This document shows positions 20,829 to 33,162 of a stretch of 64,000 bases of DNA, piece by piece. This stretch comes from Macrostomum lignano (Eukaryota): the NCBI GenBank assembly GCA_002269645.1, contig NIVC01000703.1, positions 1 to 64,000 of the forward strand. Direction: 5' to 3'. The translations under genes and the position numbers were made by a program. Under the pieces are notes generated by a model. It searched no databases. It saw only the letters and a list, made by a program, of their open reading frames with translations, and had not been told where the DNA came from. How positions within the stretch are numbered: position 1 is the stretch's first letter; every line of letters starts with the position of its first letter.

Positions 20829-20925
20829 TTTCTCTTTAGCTTAGTTCTGGCAGGCTTTCTTCTGCTCTTCGATTTCAAATTTCTGCTTTGAACTTGTACT
20901 AGGGGTACGACTGTGTTTCGTAAAT

Positions 20926-20949
20926 AATCCCACCCCTGCCACCAAGTTG
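20926..20949 (-). mobile_element. tRNA-Leu-type primer binding site and LTR 3' end
   Basis: The minus strand reads ...GCAACA-ACT-TGGTGGCAGGGGTGGGATT. This has one mismatch to TGGTGGCAGCGGTGGGATT, the complement of a tRNA-Leu 3' end. The sequence at ~20948-21760 is the probable 5' LTR. Confidence 0.7.
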
Positions 20950-23329
20950 TTGCAGGTGGTGTTTACTAATGTTTTAATATGTTTTGGACTTATCTCGCTA
21001 ATGCCACCAAGCTGTCGTAGGGGTTTTGGTCTAATTCTAGAATTTATCTTAAATTGGACACCAAATTTGTTACAGACTACTATAATACTGATCTTAACTT
21101 GCCTGAGATGATGGGGGGTCTTGGGCTTTCGCGTATGCACGGATTGCCCTGGTAGTGCGCAGTGCCCGAAAGGCAAGACACTGTTTGGCTGGTTGGGGGT
21201 GACTCAGTCCTAAAGTGGCGCCCTCCAATGGATCGAGGTGGATTTCTCTTTCCTCTTACGGATTGGCTTGTGTCAATTACGACTTCTTATTGGCTGTTTC
21301 AGTTCGAATGCTTCTATTGGGGTATTTCTCCCTCTGCTCTTGGCAAATTGAGCCTTGTCTCTTTGCTGTCACGTTAGTGGCTCTTAGACTAGTCGTCTTG
21401 TGCTCTTGGTATTTTCTACGTGTCCAATGAGCATTCGCTCTTAGTTCTAACAAATGAGGAAAGACTTAAGCAACTCCGCTTATTCGTTTCTTTATCAGAA
21501 AATGGGGCTGCAGTTGAACCAAAATTATCGGTTGGCGCTAAAACGGCTTGTATTTATACTAGTTCAAGCGAGGGGGGAAGAGCGCATTTAAACAAACTAC
21601 GTGAATTTTCGTTCCTAGATTTCTGGTGGGAATTTAAAATCGTCGCCTCTCTCAAAATGATTCTTTCCAATATTGTTGATATTCAACCAGTCTCTGGAAA
21701 TTATACTCCTGTTTCCTGGGAATTGTACTCCAGTTTCCTGGGAATTACTCCAGTTTTCTGAGGATTATACTCCAGCTTTCTGAGTAATATATACTTCAGC
21801 TTTCTGAGGATTATACTCCAATTTAGCAATTCCTTTGCTTTTTCAGATCGAAAATATGGTGTTTTCTTCCTATATATTGCTTAAAGCTCAAAGGCAGAAC
21901 GCAGATAGCTTTTTGCTTCTTTTGCGCAGATTGCTTCCACAAAAACTCGTGTATTTATAGTATTTTTCTTTCCGTTTTTAACAAAAGTTGGAACATTTTA
22001 TATATGTACGTATTAAAACAATTTTTTGAAAGTTTAAAATTACGATTTTCATAGAATCGGCTATGTACTATGTACCGGTACTACTCGTATATGTCAGCTC
22101 GTATATGGTTATACATATATCACATCACATTAAAAACCATACAATTATAAATTATGTTTAAAACTTAACATAACTTAGTGTTTAAAACTATAGTATGGAT
22201 TGGAAGTCAGAAAACTTTTTTATATCAAGGGCCAGATAAGGAATCCAGCTCATGGCTGCAGGCTAGGTGGAACGTGGAAGAGGAAAGAAGAGGGAATAGA
22301 AGATGGGAGATAAGGCTAGAGGAGGGCCGAGGGGGCGAGAGATAGGATGAGAGAAGAGGGGATAGAAAGAAGAGAAGAGAGGAGAAAAGAGAAAGGGAGC
22401 TGAAAAGTGATGAAACTTGAGTGGGCCAGAACCAGATTTGCTATTGTGAAGTTTCAATGGACCTGAGGGCTGGACCCTGGATAGAGGCTTCTTGGGCCAC
22501 ATTTGGCCTGTGGGCCAGACTCAGAGTTTGCTTATCCCCAGTATAAGACTGGAAATAATAGAGACTTAGAGTAGATAGTCTTAATAGTCTTAATAGAGAC
22601 TCTATATACTTAGAGTTTAAAATATATAGTCTCTAGATGCAAATGGGCAATGGCAATGCTAGCTAGTTATATTATTATTATGTATAATTTAAATAAAAGC
22701 AATATATTAATTTTCAATATTTATATTATTATTGAAATTATATAAATAAAAACATTAGATTGCCTATTTGTCTTAACTTGTTATCTATTTGCTTATTATT
22801 AGAACTTTAGACTTTACTCTCTATAATAAATTAAATATTAATTAGTTGGCATTTTAATTGCCTAATGTAGGTAATACTTATAGGGGGTTTACTAGACCAA
22901 AATTTCACATTGCCAAAAGTATTTTCCTTAACAAGGCCAAAAATTCACTAGGCCAAAATTTCATTATACTAAAAAATCTTTTTAGTAGCATCTTTCACTA
23001 GGCCAAAACTTCACATTGCCAAAATAGCTAGCATGTTATTTTATAAGGCCAAAATTTCACTGGCCCTAAATTTAGGCCTAGCGGGTAATTTATTATGCTA
23101 TATATAATTGCATTGAATATGTATGAATATACATATGCAATTATCAACCAACTTGGTATATATAGCCAGTATAAATTATGATAGACCAAGGCAAATGGTA
23201 AGTTGCAAAGCTAACAACCAAAAACTAGACACAAAATTCAATAAACTAAGAAAATGGATAAGGAAGCAAAGTTAAAGCAAATAAATTAAACAAATAAAAT
23301 ACCAATAGCATCTAAAGGGACCAAGTGGC

Positions 23330-24282
23330 CAGTGTTGCCATGCCTGCACAAATAGTGCACAACTGCTCAAATTTTCAAAACCTGTTCAAATGTGCAAAAA
23401 TGAAGAAATCCCCTTTTTCTATGCAAGTGGGAAAGTCAATCATTTTTTTCAAATTACCTTTTTATGCTTTTATGTAAGATTTATACTATTTTTACATAGT
23501 GGTCAATGGAGTATATACTATACAAATGAAGAGACTGATAGTCTGCCAAACTATTTAGAGCTAAGGCTCAAGCAAGACAATAACCAAAAAAAATTATACA
23601 TAGGGTTAGTAAGCCCTCACAATAATATATTTATTTGCCAGTGTAGAGGGGTGGGTAAAATGGGCCTGGGCTAGACCAGCATACATAGCAAATGGAATAA
23701 AGCATGTACATTAAATCAAGCAATGCAGGGAAAATCAATAAGTTAATAGTCTATCTTCCAACTAAAATACATTATAAAACTACTTAAATTACTACCTTGA
23801 GTCCTTGACACTATATGTAATTAATTGTACTAGATGTAAATGTGTTGTAGATGTGTATTTCCCATTTTTGGACCTCTTATAAGTGCTTAAAGGCCTAGCT
23901 GCATAATAGCAATACTATAGAAGAGAGTTAGCCATGTTATAGATGCATTAATATATACAATAGGTCTATTTCAATAGAGGCATGCAATGGTATAGTGGCA
24001 TATAATTTGGAGAACTGTCTTAGCTATTGTTTTGGACAGGAATAGCTCATAGAGCATTTTGTCATTGATTTCAAATGTTTTGCATTTAATTTATGCATTG
24101 GGTTGATGGATTTTCAGCCCAACCTTGCATAATTGAAGGACTTGTCAAAAGTGCAAGACATGTATTAATTTTGCAAAAAAGCTTTTTCATTGCATAAAAA
24201 CAGAATATGCTTTACCAACTTATAAATAAAAAGGACAGTCTTGGCTGCACAAAGATTTACTATAGCTTGAGTGGTAACACTG
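23330..24282. mobile_element. hAT-type MITE
   Basis: TIRs are CAGTGTTGCCA (23330-23340) and TGGTAACACTG (24272-24282). The 8-bp TSD CAAGTGGC is perfect (23322-23329 and 24283-24290). There is no transposase ORF. Confidence 0.85.
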
Positions 24283-24893
24283 CAAGTGGCTAGATGTAGA
24301 AGCTTTGTGGGTCATCTCTGGCCTGTAGTCTAAAGCTTGCTAATATAGTATCTAGTGAGTTTTTTATTGGCATACATTTGTATACAAATAAATAAATCTC
24401 AAATTTCTTTTTGTCATTATATTCTGTTATGAGCTAGTCTATGACTTGCTCATTCAAGGCAGTACTTGAATAATGCCTTATACCTTAAGGCTGTCAAATG
24501 TTATCAATAAGCCTTTTATGCAATTCGGCCTAGTTTCTCTTCAATTATTTCTTTCTCTAGGGTTGGCTGAATATCCCCCTATTGCTAACTTCAATTCTAA
24601 GTATTAAAAAAACGAATTTTCAATTTGTATTTTATGTGAATATAACATTAAAAGATATTTTAAATAATGAGTAACACAATTTCAAAAAATCATGTTTTTT
24701 TCAATTCTTATCAGTGATTGAATAATTATGTGGCACTGAGTAAGCAAAAAAACTATTTTGTCTTGTGTGCAATCACAAATTACCTTTCAATACTGATTAT
24801 AATTTTTTCTATATGCTTCCAGAATTCTTTAATTTTTATTTATTTTCTAAATTGCGTTTCAGCTAAGCTGCTCAAATTGCTGACAAAGCAGTG

Positions 24894-27756
24894 ATGATGA
24901 TGAATGGCCACAGCCCCATGCCCAGCTGGCAGCAGCTGCTGGCTACTCTGGATGACAGTTTTGACAGCGCCAAGTCTGCTGTACTGACACGAGTTGACCC
25001 CACAGGAGCCAGCCCAGTGCTTGGCCACCTGTCCCGGGTGCTGGACTACAATGTGCCGCATGGCAAGAAAACACGCGGTGTCACCGTGCTGCTCGCCTGG
25101 GCTGCCTTTGCCAAGGACCGCGCCATCGCTGATGTTGAGACCGCCTGTCCAGCTGCCTGGGCCGTGGAGCTGCTGCAGGCCTCCTTCCTGGTGCACGACG
25201 ACATCATGGATGGCAGCCAGACTCGGCGCGGCCGGCCCTGCTGGTTCCGCAATGACGGCGTGGGGCTCATGGCAGTCAACGATGGCATCTTTCTTGACCA
25301 GGTGGGCCTTCTGGACCTTCTGACCCTCCCAAATCCTCAGTTACTAGGCCACCGCCAGCCTCTCAGATCCTCAGTTGCTGGGCCACCGCTACCCTCCCAG
25401 ATCCTCAGTTTAGACAAGGCCCATATCCAAGCCTCTAAATCAGTAGCATGAATGCTCGTATAATGCATTATCTAGCTACATATTAGCGCACTGCAAGATC
25501 TCAAAGCCATCGCGCATCCCGAATCCTCTTGCAGGCACTGTACGCTCTCCTGTCCTCGGCGTACAGCGAGCATCCGCAGTACAGTCAGCTGATGGACCTC
25601 TTCCACTCAGTGACCCTGACCACCTGCATTGGCCAGGCCTTGGACATGAGCCTCGGCGTGTCTGGCCTCACCTGGTCAGCTTATAGAGAGATGGTCTGCC
25701 GCAAGACCGCTCACTATTCCTTTCACCTGCCCGTGGCGGCGGCGCTGCTGTTGCGCAATCGGCCAGAACTGGTTGACGTTGCCAAGCCGTTGCTGCTGCG
25801 CATCGGGGAGTACTTTCAGGTAGAAATTTCAGATGTGAAATCATTCATTTTCTGTAACTCTTAGTTGATTGTTTGGTGTAGGGCCAGAAGGGGCGTTCGC
25901 CACCAGCGCTGCAAGTTAAGTACGCAAATGCAGCTGAATAGGCTCTCGACGGGAAATTATTTTCCTAGCAAAATTTGCAATTCAGTTATAAAACTGGCCT
26001 TCAGAGGTTTCAGTGGCACTAAACACTAAATCCAAAAACCTCGGTGGTACAGTTTGCCAATAAAGCCACTGTTGTAACCCTGGTCGGTTTGGGTGCCCAG
26101 TCCCGAGTATATATTAATATATATTACAATATATATTATACGTGATATAACAGGCGTAGTGACGCTCTGTCTGTACTTTTATGGATACGAGCAGGCGTGA
26201 CGACGCTCTGCGATAATAATTCGATCCCTCTGGTGTTGTGACACTCAGAGTTCACGCTGCGGCTCGAGTGTGGTGACACCCGAGTGCTTCTAGTCTCGAT
26301 ACTGTAGGTTGTACACACTATAATAGAGTAGAGAAAGTACAGTACTACAAAAAGCTATATGATCTCCCGGCGTTACGACGCTCTGGCAATAACTCAGCCT
26401 AACAAGCTCCCAGAAAAGAACAAACTCAAGCAGCAAGCGGCTTACCAGTGGCCAAATCGCCGTTACGTTTATTGATTCGCTCGTTGTACAGTGGCCAAAT
26501 CGCCGTTCTCACGTCTATTGGTTTGCTCGTTGGTCAGTACAGGTTCTGAATTCTCCAAAGCTCTTCTTAAGGCTCTTGTGTTCTTTTCTCGCTGTATTCA
26601 ATAACTAGTATTGCTGTTTATACGTCGAGTCCTGCACTTGTACTCTCCGAGCACACCAAAACAGAAAAACACAAACAGCACAAACCGGGACGAAGGGCAG
26701 GAGCAAGACCCAGAGCCGCACTAAATAATAACCAAACCCTGGGGCCGATGGCCCCACCGGCTAAGCCCACCAAAACAAACTACCCCAACAAAAATAAACT
26801 GGCCGTGCCGGCCAGCCAATCAAAACCCCGCCTAGGGGGGGGGGTGGCGCACCCGCGCCAAAGCTGGCCCGGCCGCAGCCAACCGAACCAGCCCTGAGCA
26901 CGGGGCAGGGGCACGGCTGGGGAGGAGCACGCGCAAAGCCCGGTCGCCGGCCAGACCCTGCCACGCCCGCCAACCCGGAGCCAGCCCCAAAGTGCAACGC
27001 GCCCTGCCAACCGACAAGGGCGCATGCACTACACCACCACAAGACCATCGATCAGCAGTCGATCATCGAGTCCGCTCTTCGCCCGGTCTTGCCGACGACA
27101 AGCAGCGTGGTGCTCGCTACGAGGCCCATATTTTCAAGGGCCCGTATCAGACGTGGGCCGAGGCACAAAAGCACGAGCAAGTTGTATGTGCCCACCTACC
27201 CCCCTCCCCCCCGTGCTATTGCCAAAGTCGTGCCCGCCTCTTGAACTTGATGAGCGAGTTAGCAGTATTAGGTTGAGATTCTGGATCCTATATACAGTAT
27301 TGGCTGCTTCAATATGCGAAATCCAAACCAAACACCGTCCTGAAGGCCCAAGACGACTACTTGGACTTCTATGGCGATCCGGCCGAGACTGGCAAGATCG
27401 GCACCGACATCCAGGAAGCCAAGTGCTCCTGGCTGGCGCTCACCGCGTTGGACCGCCTGCGCGCCGCCGCCTCCGCCAAGCCCGACGGCGACGCCAGCGG
27501 CGGTGACAATTCGCCATCGCCTAGCGAGGCCTCCTCGCTGCTGGCCCGCTTCCAGGACTGCTACGGACAGTCCGAGCCGGACCGGGTGGCCGCAGTTGGC
27601 GACATCTACCGGCGCCTCCGGCTGGACGCCGCCTACGCAGAATTCGAAGCGGCCGAATTCGCCAGCATCGACGCCAGCGTGGAGCAGCTGGACAGCCCGG
27701 AGCTGCGGCTGGTCTGCCGCACCCTGCTGCAGCTGATCCACGGCCGGCGGAAGTGA
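24894..27756 (+). CDS. FDPS: Farnesyl diphosphate synthase (trans-isoprenyl diphosphate synthase), 3 coding exons
   Basis: Exons are 24894-25301 ([11 protein letters not shown]; [25 protein letters not shown]), 25535-25819 (GQALD; KTAHYSF; IGEYFQ) and 27346-27756 ([29 protein letters not shown]...RRK stop). Both introns are phase-0 GT-AG. Confidence 0.95.
25325..25410. repeat. Short 34 bp tandem repeat (CAGATCCTCAGTTGCTGGGCCACCGCCACCCTCT family) in FPPS intron 1
   Basis: About 2.5 copies with a 34-bp period (25336, 25370, 25404). The same unit occurs at 43853-43948. Confidence 0.85.
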
Positions 27757-28924
27757 CACTGAGGAAATCTCAGCCAAATCTGCTTATTTCCTCTTTATTT
27801 TCCTTCCGCTCTACTTTCAGTAGTACATGTAGGTAAAGAAATCAGTGGCTTTATTTTGCTAAAGCTCGAAAAGTTTTTTGAAGAATGTCATTTCACCAAC
27901 TTTCTGTAGAAGCGCGTAGTTTATGAAGACTGAATTTTACAGTGTTCCACATTGCGAGTACGTGGCTTCTTAAGCCAAGCAGTTATGCGTTGTATTATGA
28001 GAATCATGAGAAGAGGAGACAAGACAAATGAGGAGAGAAGAGAAGAGAGAGGACATTAGAGAGCAGTCAGAAAAGACAAACATTGGGCGGTCCGGATTGC
28101 TATTACTGTAAAACTTTTTAGAATAACTAAAAATTGCTTGTTAGTAAAAATTCCCTAACAAGTATGACGCTTTTCTTTACGATCCAGTTGGATCTGTCGG
28201 TATTTAATTTTCGTATTCCTCAGCATGCAGTGGGAATGGATTTCGGTAATGTTTTTAATTGGATTGATTTCGTTACTTTTTTTAATAGCATTGCAGCTGA
28301 ACTGCATCAGGGCTGCTGCTGGTTTTGGTAGTTCGAGCGCTTGTAATGTCATCGTTTTGTTAAAGAAACTGCTGTACTTCCTCTGTAGCCTTCTGACAAT
28401 GTTTTACCGCATTACATTGCCTCATGCTAAGCATTACACAGTCATAGAACACCTACTGCATTCTGGGTTTTGTTTTTTTATGGCTGATGTAACTGTGAGC
28501 CATTTTAAAGTGGAAAGTACACGTCTGAAACAAGGACTACTTATGAACTTCTGTTCTTAAGTAGTCCTTGGTCTGAAATAATAGTGATCCATTTCACACT
28601 TAGAGGCTGTACTTTAACCGAAAGATTTATTAATCTTGAGCTTAAAATTTTCCGCCTTCGATGTTTTTGGGGAATGTGAGGGATAGTTAACAATTCTATT
28701 TATTAGATGTTGACTGATGGCGCTCTGAATTTGTTGAAACACGAACTCAGAAAATACGAATTTCATGAAATTAGAAAAAATGGCTTAAAATTGTCTAAAC
28801 ACTAATTTTTAGCAAAAATATTCGCCCCTGCCAGGCGTGCCAGCTAAAAATTAACTCTTACTTGCCAGCTATAAAAACAGCTAAGTTAATGCTGACATGA
28901 CACTTCTTTTATGGTTGACAGACA

Positions 28925-29469
28925 CATAGGCGTAGGAACGAGGGGGCAGTGGGGCCATGCCCCCCCCCACTTTTTAAAATGGGCGGGGGGCCAGTAATGG
29001 TATCTGGCCCCTCCACATTTTAAATTTAAAATGTAGACTTCTTGCTTATTTTTGGTTTTTGCTGCTTTGCATCAATGCATTTTGCTGCAGGGCGACAAAA
29101 CATAGCGCCTGCAGCGCCAAAATGAGTGCCTGCGGTGCCAAAATGAGTGGCTGCGGCGCTAAAATGAGTGCTTGCGGCGCTAAAATGAGTGCCTGCAGCG
29201 CTAAAATGAGTGACTGCGGCGCCAAAATGAGTGCCTGCGGCGCCAAAATGAGTGCCCGCAGCACTTTATAAAATGAGTGCTGACAAAATGGATTCTGAAA
29301 ATAATCGGTACATTTTTCATATAAAAATAAGTTTTCATTTTTATAGGTAGATGGAAAATAAAAATATTTTCCATATAAATATAACGGGGGCGTGTGCGCC
29401 CTGTGCGCCCCCTCCCCTAAATCAGTCACTGAACCTGCCCCCAGTTTCTGAAACGTTCCTACGCCTATG
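28925..29469. mobile_element. hAT-type MITE carrying an internal 21 bp minisatellite
   Basis: The 16-bp TIRs are perfect (CATAGGCGTAGGAACG / CGTTCCTACGCCTATG). The 8-bp TSD GACAGACA / GACAAACA has one mismatch. Internal GCGCCAAAATGAGTGCCTGCG repeats lie at ~29103-29281. Confidence 0.88.
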
Positions 29470-31779
29470 GACAAACATCATGAATTTTTTGGAAAACGTG
29501 TAACGCTTGAATGCACATGTGCTCTGGATAGTGGTTTCTTGGAAAATTTACGAATAAAACAAAAATTCCTTGAATTTGTATTCTAGGGATTAACTCCGTT
29601 GTCAAAAGGTTAAAATGTTAGTTTTTTTAATTCGCACGGTCAGTGTTTTCTTAGTTCCAAGAAAAAATATTTTTAAGTACAATTAAAATTCGTTCTTTTC
29701 TTGAAGTACTGAATTTTTTTACAAATACTTGCTGTACTTATACTAATAGGTCCTCCTCTTGAATTATTATTAAATACATAAATTGAATTATACTGGCCAA
29801 ACAGGCTTTTTGCTTGAGCCAAACTTACTACTACTACTACTACTTTTTGAGTGATGATGTATTTGCATTTAAATTTATAATCTTGGATTTGTCCATTGTA
29901 CAAATTGTACAAATTGATAATTACCTAAAAATGCGCAATGTTAAAATGTGTATGTAAATAAAATACTATAAATGCAATAAATGTAACGAAATGAATGCCG
30001 AGGACTGTCACTTTAATTATCACGATCAGTCAAAAATGCCAAATCACAGCCCGCGAACTCTTACGAGCGATATTTATATTTATTATATATTAGTTACATT
30101 GAGCAATAAAACAAACTACAATATAAAACAATAATGCAAAATTATATAAATACGAGTACATACACTAGAAAGTACAGTTAATGCAGAAACAGAATACAAA
30201 AATGAAATACAAATTATACAGTGAGAAATAAGTACAAAATATGTTTCCTTTTAAAATAGATATGGAGATACATTACATAAATATTAGAAAATCTACGTGT
30301 TTTTTAAACTAAAGTAAAATCAGTAGAGAGTAGAGAGACCAAGACCTAAAATGGACTATGCCCATGCCCATCCAGCTCATTCTTTTTGCCTTGCTTAGGC
30401 CTAGCAGTCATAGGCATTAAGCCCCCAACTAGGTCAATTTCTTTTTAATAATATCTTTGTCTACTCAAAGCAGTAGTTATTAGTATTATATTTTTTATCA
30501 TAATCAATGTTTATTCTAAAAAGCCATGGTATTTAATATTAATGTTATAAATGGTGTGTACTAAAATGTGGGAAGTATGCAAAAGCAAATGCAGTGGAAT
30601 GTTTGCTAAAATGTGAAAGATGGAATATTTTCCTAAATTACAGAAGTAAATACAAATGTTAATCTAAATTGCAGAACACTAGTAGTAGTACTAGTAGACA
30701 AAATTGTTAAAATTGCAAAAATAGATATAAAATTGCATAAAAATTGCATAGAACTAGAAGTTAAAAGGTATAGTGTCATATTTAATTAATAAAAAATAAA
30801 ATTCACAAACAGGAAATGTTACAGAACAACAATTTATTTTCTGAATAATATGTCCCAGGGGTTACTCCTGTCTCTAATAATAATTTCACACTGTCACCAA
30901 AAGCTATCACAGGGCTAGTTTACTAATCTCTCAAGTGTTCTTCTTAGGTTGGTAGTTGCCACCAAGATTATTCAATTAATAAATTTTTATCAATATTAGA
31001 ATAATCTGAGAAATGTTTCTTAGAATAGGTCTGAGTATAAGTCTTTAAGTATCAGTCTAAGCATAAGTCTAAGGATAAGTCTAGGTATATGTCTAAGGAT
31101 TAGTCTAAGTATCTACTTCTATTGGTAGCGTTCTTAGTACATGTATTGGTAGTGTTCTTAGTATATGCCTTGGTAGCGTTCTTAGTATATGCCGAGTGGT
31201 CTACTATTGGCCTGGAATGTATTTCTCAGAATGATCTTCCTTGTAATTCTTTTGTAGTTAATTAAGTATCTGATCGTCTAGTCCAGTCCTTTAGGCGTTC
31301 CCAAGATTAGAGGGTCACGGCCTTCTCAATACTGTATATGTATTCCCAAGATCTACTTTGTTTTATTTCAATCTCCTTGGTATTCTGAGTATCAGTAGTA
31401 TCTGTGATATGATTAACTTCCACTTCACTCTTTGAATCGAAAAATTTACTAAGTCTTGAAAAGATTTCTAAGTAACAGTTTAAGGCTCAACAAGTAGCGA
31501 GACTTGAGACTAATTTAGGAATAGGCAATCAGCCAGTTGGTGGCTCTCTGGCCAGATCCCGTCTATTTATACTACGAGTGGAACTCCTCCTCTGGAGGAG
31601 AAAGGGGAAGAACTCCCATCACCGGAATTCTGAAGGGGAAGAACTCCCATCAGCTGAAATTCCATGACTTGAATCCTATCTTCCAAATCATCTCCAAATC
31701 CTCTACAATCTATCAACTCCTATCTCTCATCTCTTGCGCCCTGCGCTCTGATTTTTATTTTTACTCTCTTCTTTCTCCT

Positions 31780-32790
31780 CACTAATTACTCCTCTCTACA
31801 CTTTCATCTCTTTCATCTCTATCTTTCATCTCTCTTCTCCCTCCTTTCTCCCTTCTCTCGCTTCTCTCTCTCTCTCCTCTATTCCTACTTTTCTCGCTTA
31901 TCTCTTCTCTCTCTTTTCTCATCTCTACTCCCTTATTTATCTCTTCTCCCTCATCTTTCGTCTGTACCCTCTCCTGTCTACTCTCCTATCTTCTCTCTTA
32001 TCTCTCCCCTTTTCTCTCCTCTCTCATATCTCATCTCTACTCACTTATCTATTGTCTCCGCTCTACTTTCTCTCCCCTTTTCTCTCTTCTCTCTGCTCTC
32101 ATTTTTCGTATTTCTTATATGCTCTCACCCTCTCCTTTCTTATCTACCATCTTTCTTCCCTCCTTTCTACTGCATCACCTGTCTCCTCTCCTCTCTTTTC
32201 TCTCCTCTCCATTCTCTCTTCTCTCCTCTCATCTCCCCTCATCTCTTCTCTAATCTCGAATCTCTCCTCTCTCATATCTCTTCTCTACTCACTTATCTAT
32301 TCTCTCTCCTCTGCTCCCCTTTTACACTTTCCTATATGCTCTCACACTCATCCTCTCCTTTCTTATCTCCTGTTTTTTACACTCCTTTCTACCACCTGTC
32401 TCCTCTCGTTTCTCTCCTCTCTGCACTCACATCTTTACCCTCTTCTTTCTCCTCAGTTCTCACTACTTTCTTCTCTTAAATCTCTGATCTCTGATATTTC
32501 ATCTCTCTCCTCTCACCTCTCTCCTCTCTTTCCTCTTTTCTATTGCCTCTGTACGCTCTTATCCCTCCTTTCTTCTCTCTCTTGTCTCCTCTCTGCTATC
32601 TCATATCTCCTCTCTCATATCCTCTCCCTTCATCTCCTCTCTCCTCTTCTCTTCTCTCTCCTTCGTTCCCGCCTTACTCCCCTCTTCTCTCCCATCTGTC
32701 ATGTCTAATCTCTCCACTCATTTCTACTCTGTTTTCTATCATCTCATCTCTCTTCTCTTTTCATTCTTCTCTTTACTCTCTTCTCTGACT
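31780..32790. repeat. About 1 kb CT-rich polypyrimidine low-complexity tract
   Basis: The + strand is almost entirely C/T. Confidence 0.9.
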
Positions 32791-33132
32791 GATTGAAGAT
32801 GCCAAATCCATCAAGATCCTCTCTGCGAAGCAGAAATCCTGTCCGTGCAACTGAAAACCATCGAAATCCTCTCCGTGAAACTGGACTCCTTCGAAATCCT
32901 CTCATTGAAATTTAAATCCATCAAAATCATAGAAATTGTCTCCAGAAAACAGAAATCAATCATAAATTATCTCCACGAAACAGAAATCCTCTCCGTGAAG
33001 CTGAACACCATCGAAATCCTCTCCACGAAACAGAAATCCTCTCCGTCAAAATTAAAACATTGAAATCGTCTCCGCTAAACTGGACTCAATAGAATTTTTT
33101 TCTGTCAAACAACTTAACTCTCTGGATTCATT

Positions 33133-33162
33133 GGTTAGGGTTAGGGTTAGGGTTAGGGTTAG
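33133..33162 (+). repeat. Interstitial telomere-type repeat (TTAGGG)4
   Basis: The sequence reads GGTTAGGGTTAGGGTTAGGGTTAGGGTTAG. Confidence 0.85.
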
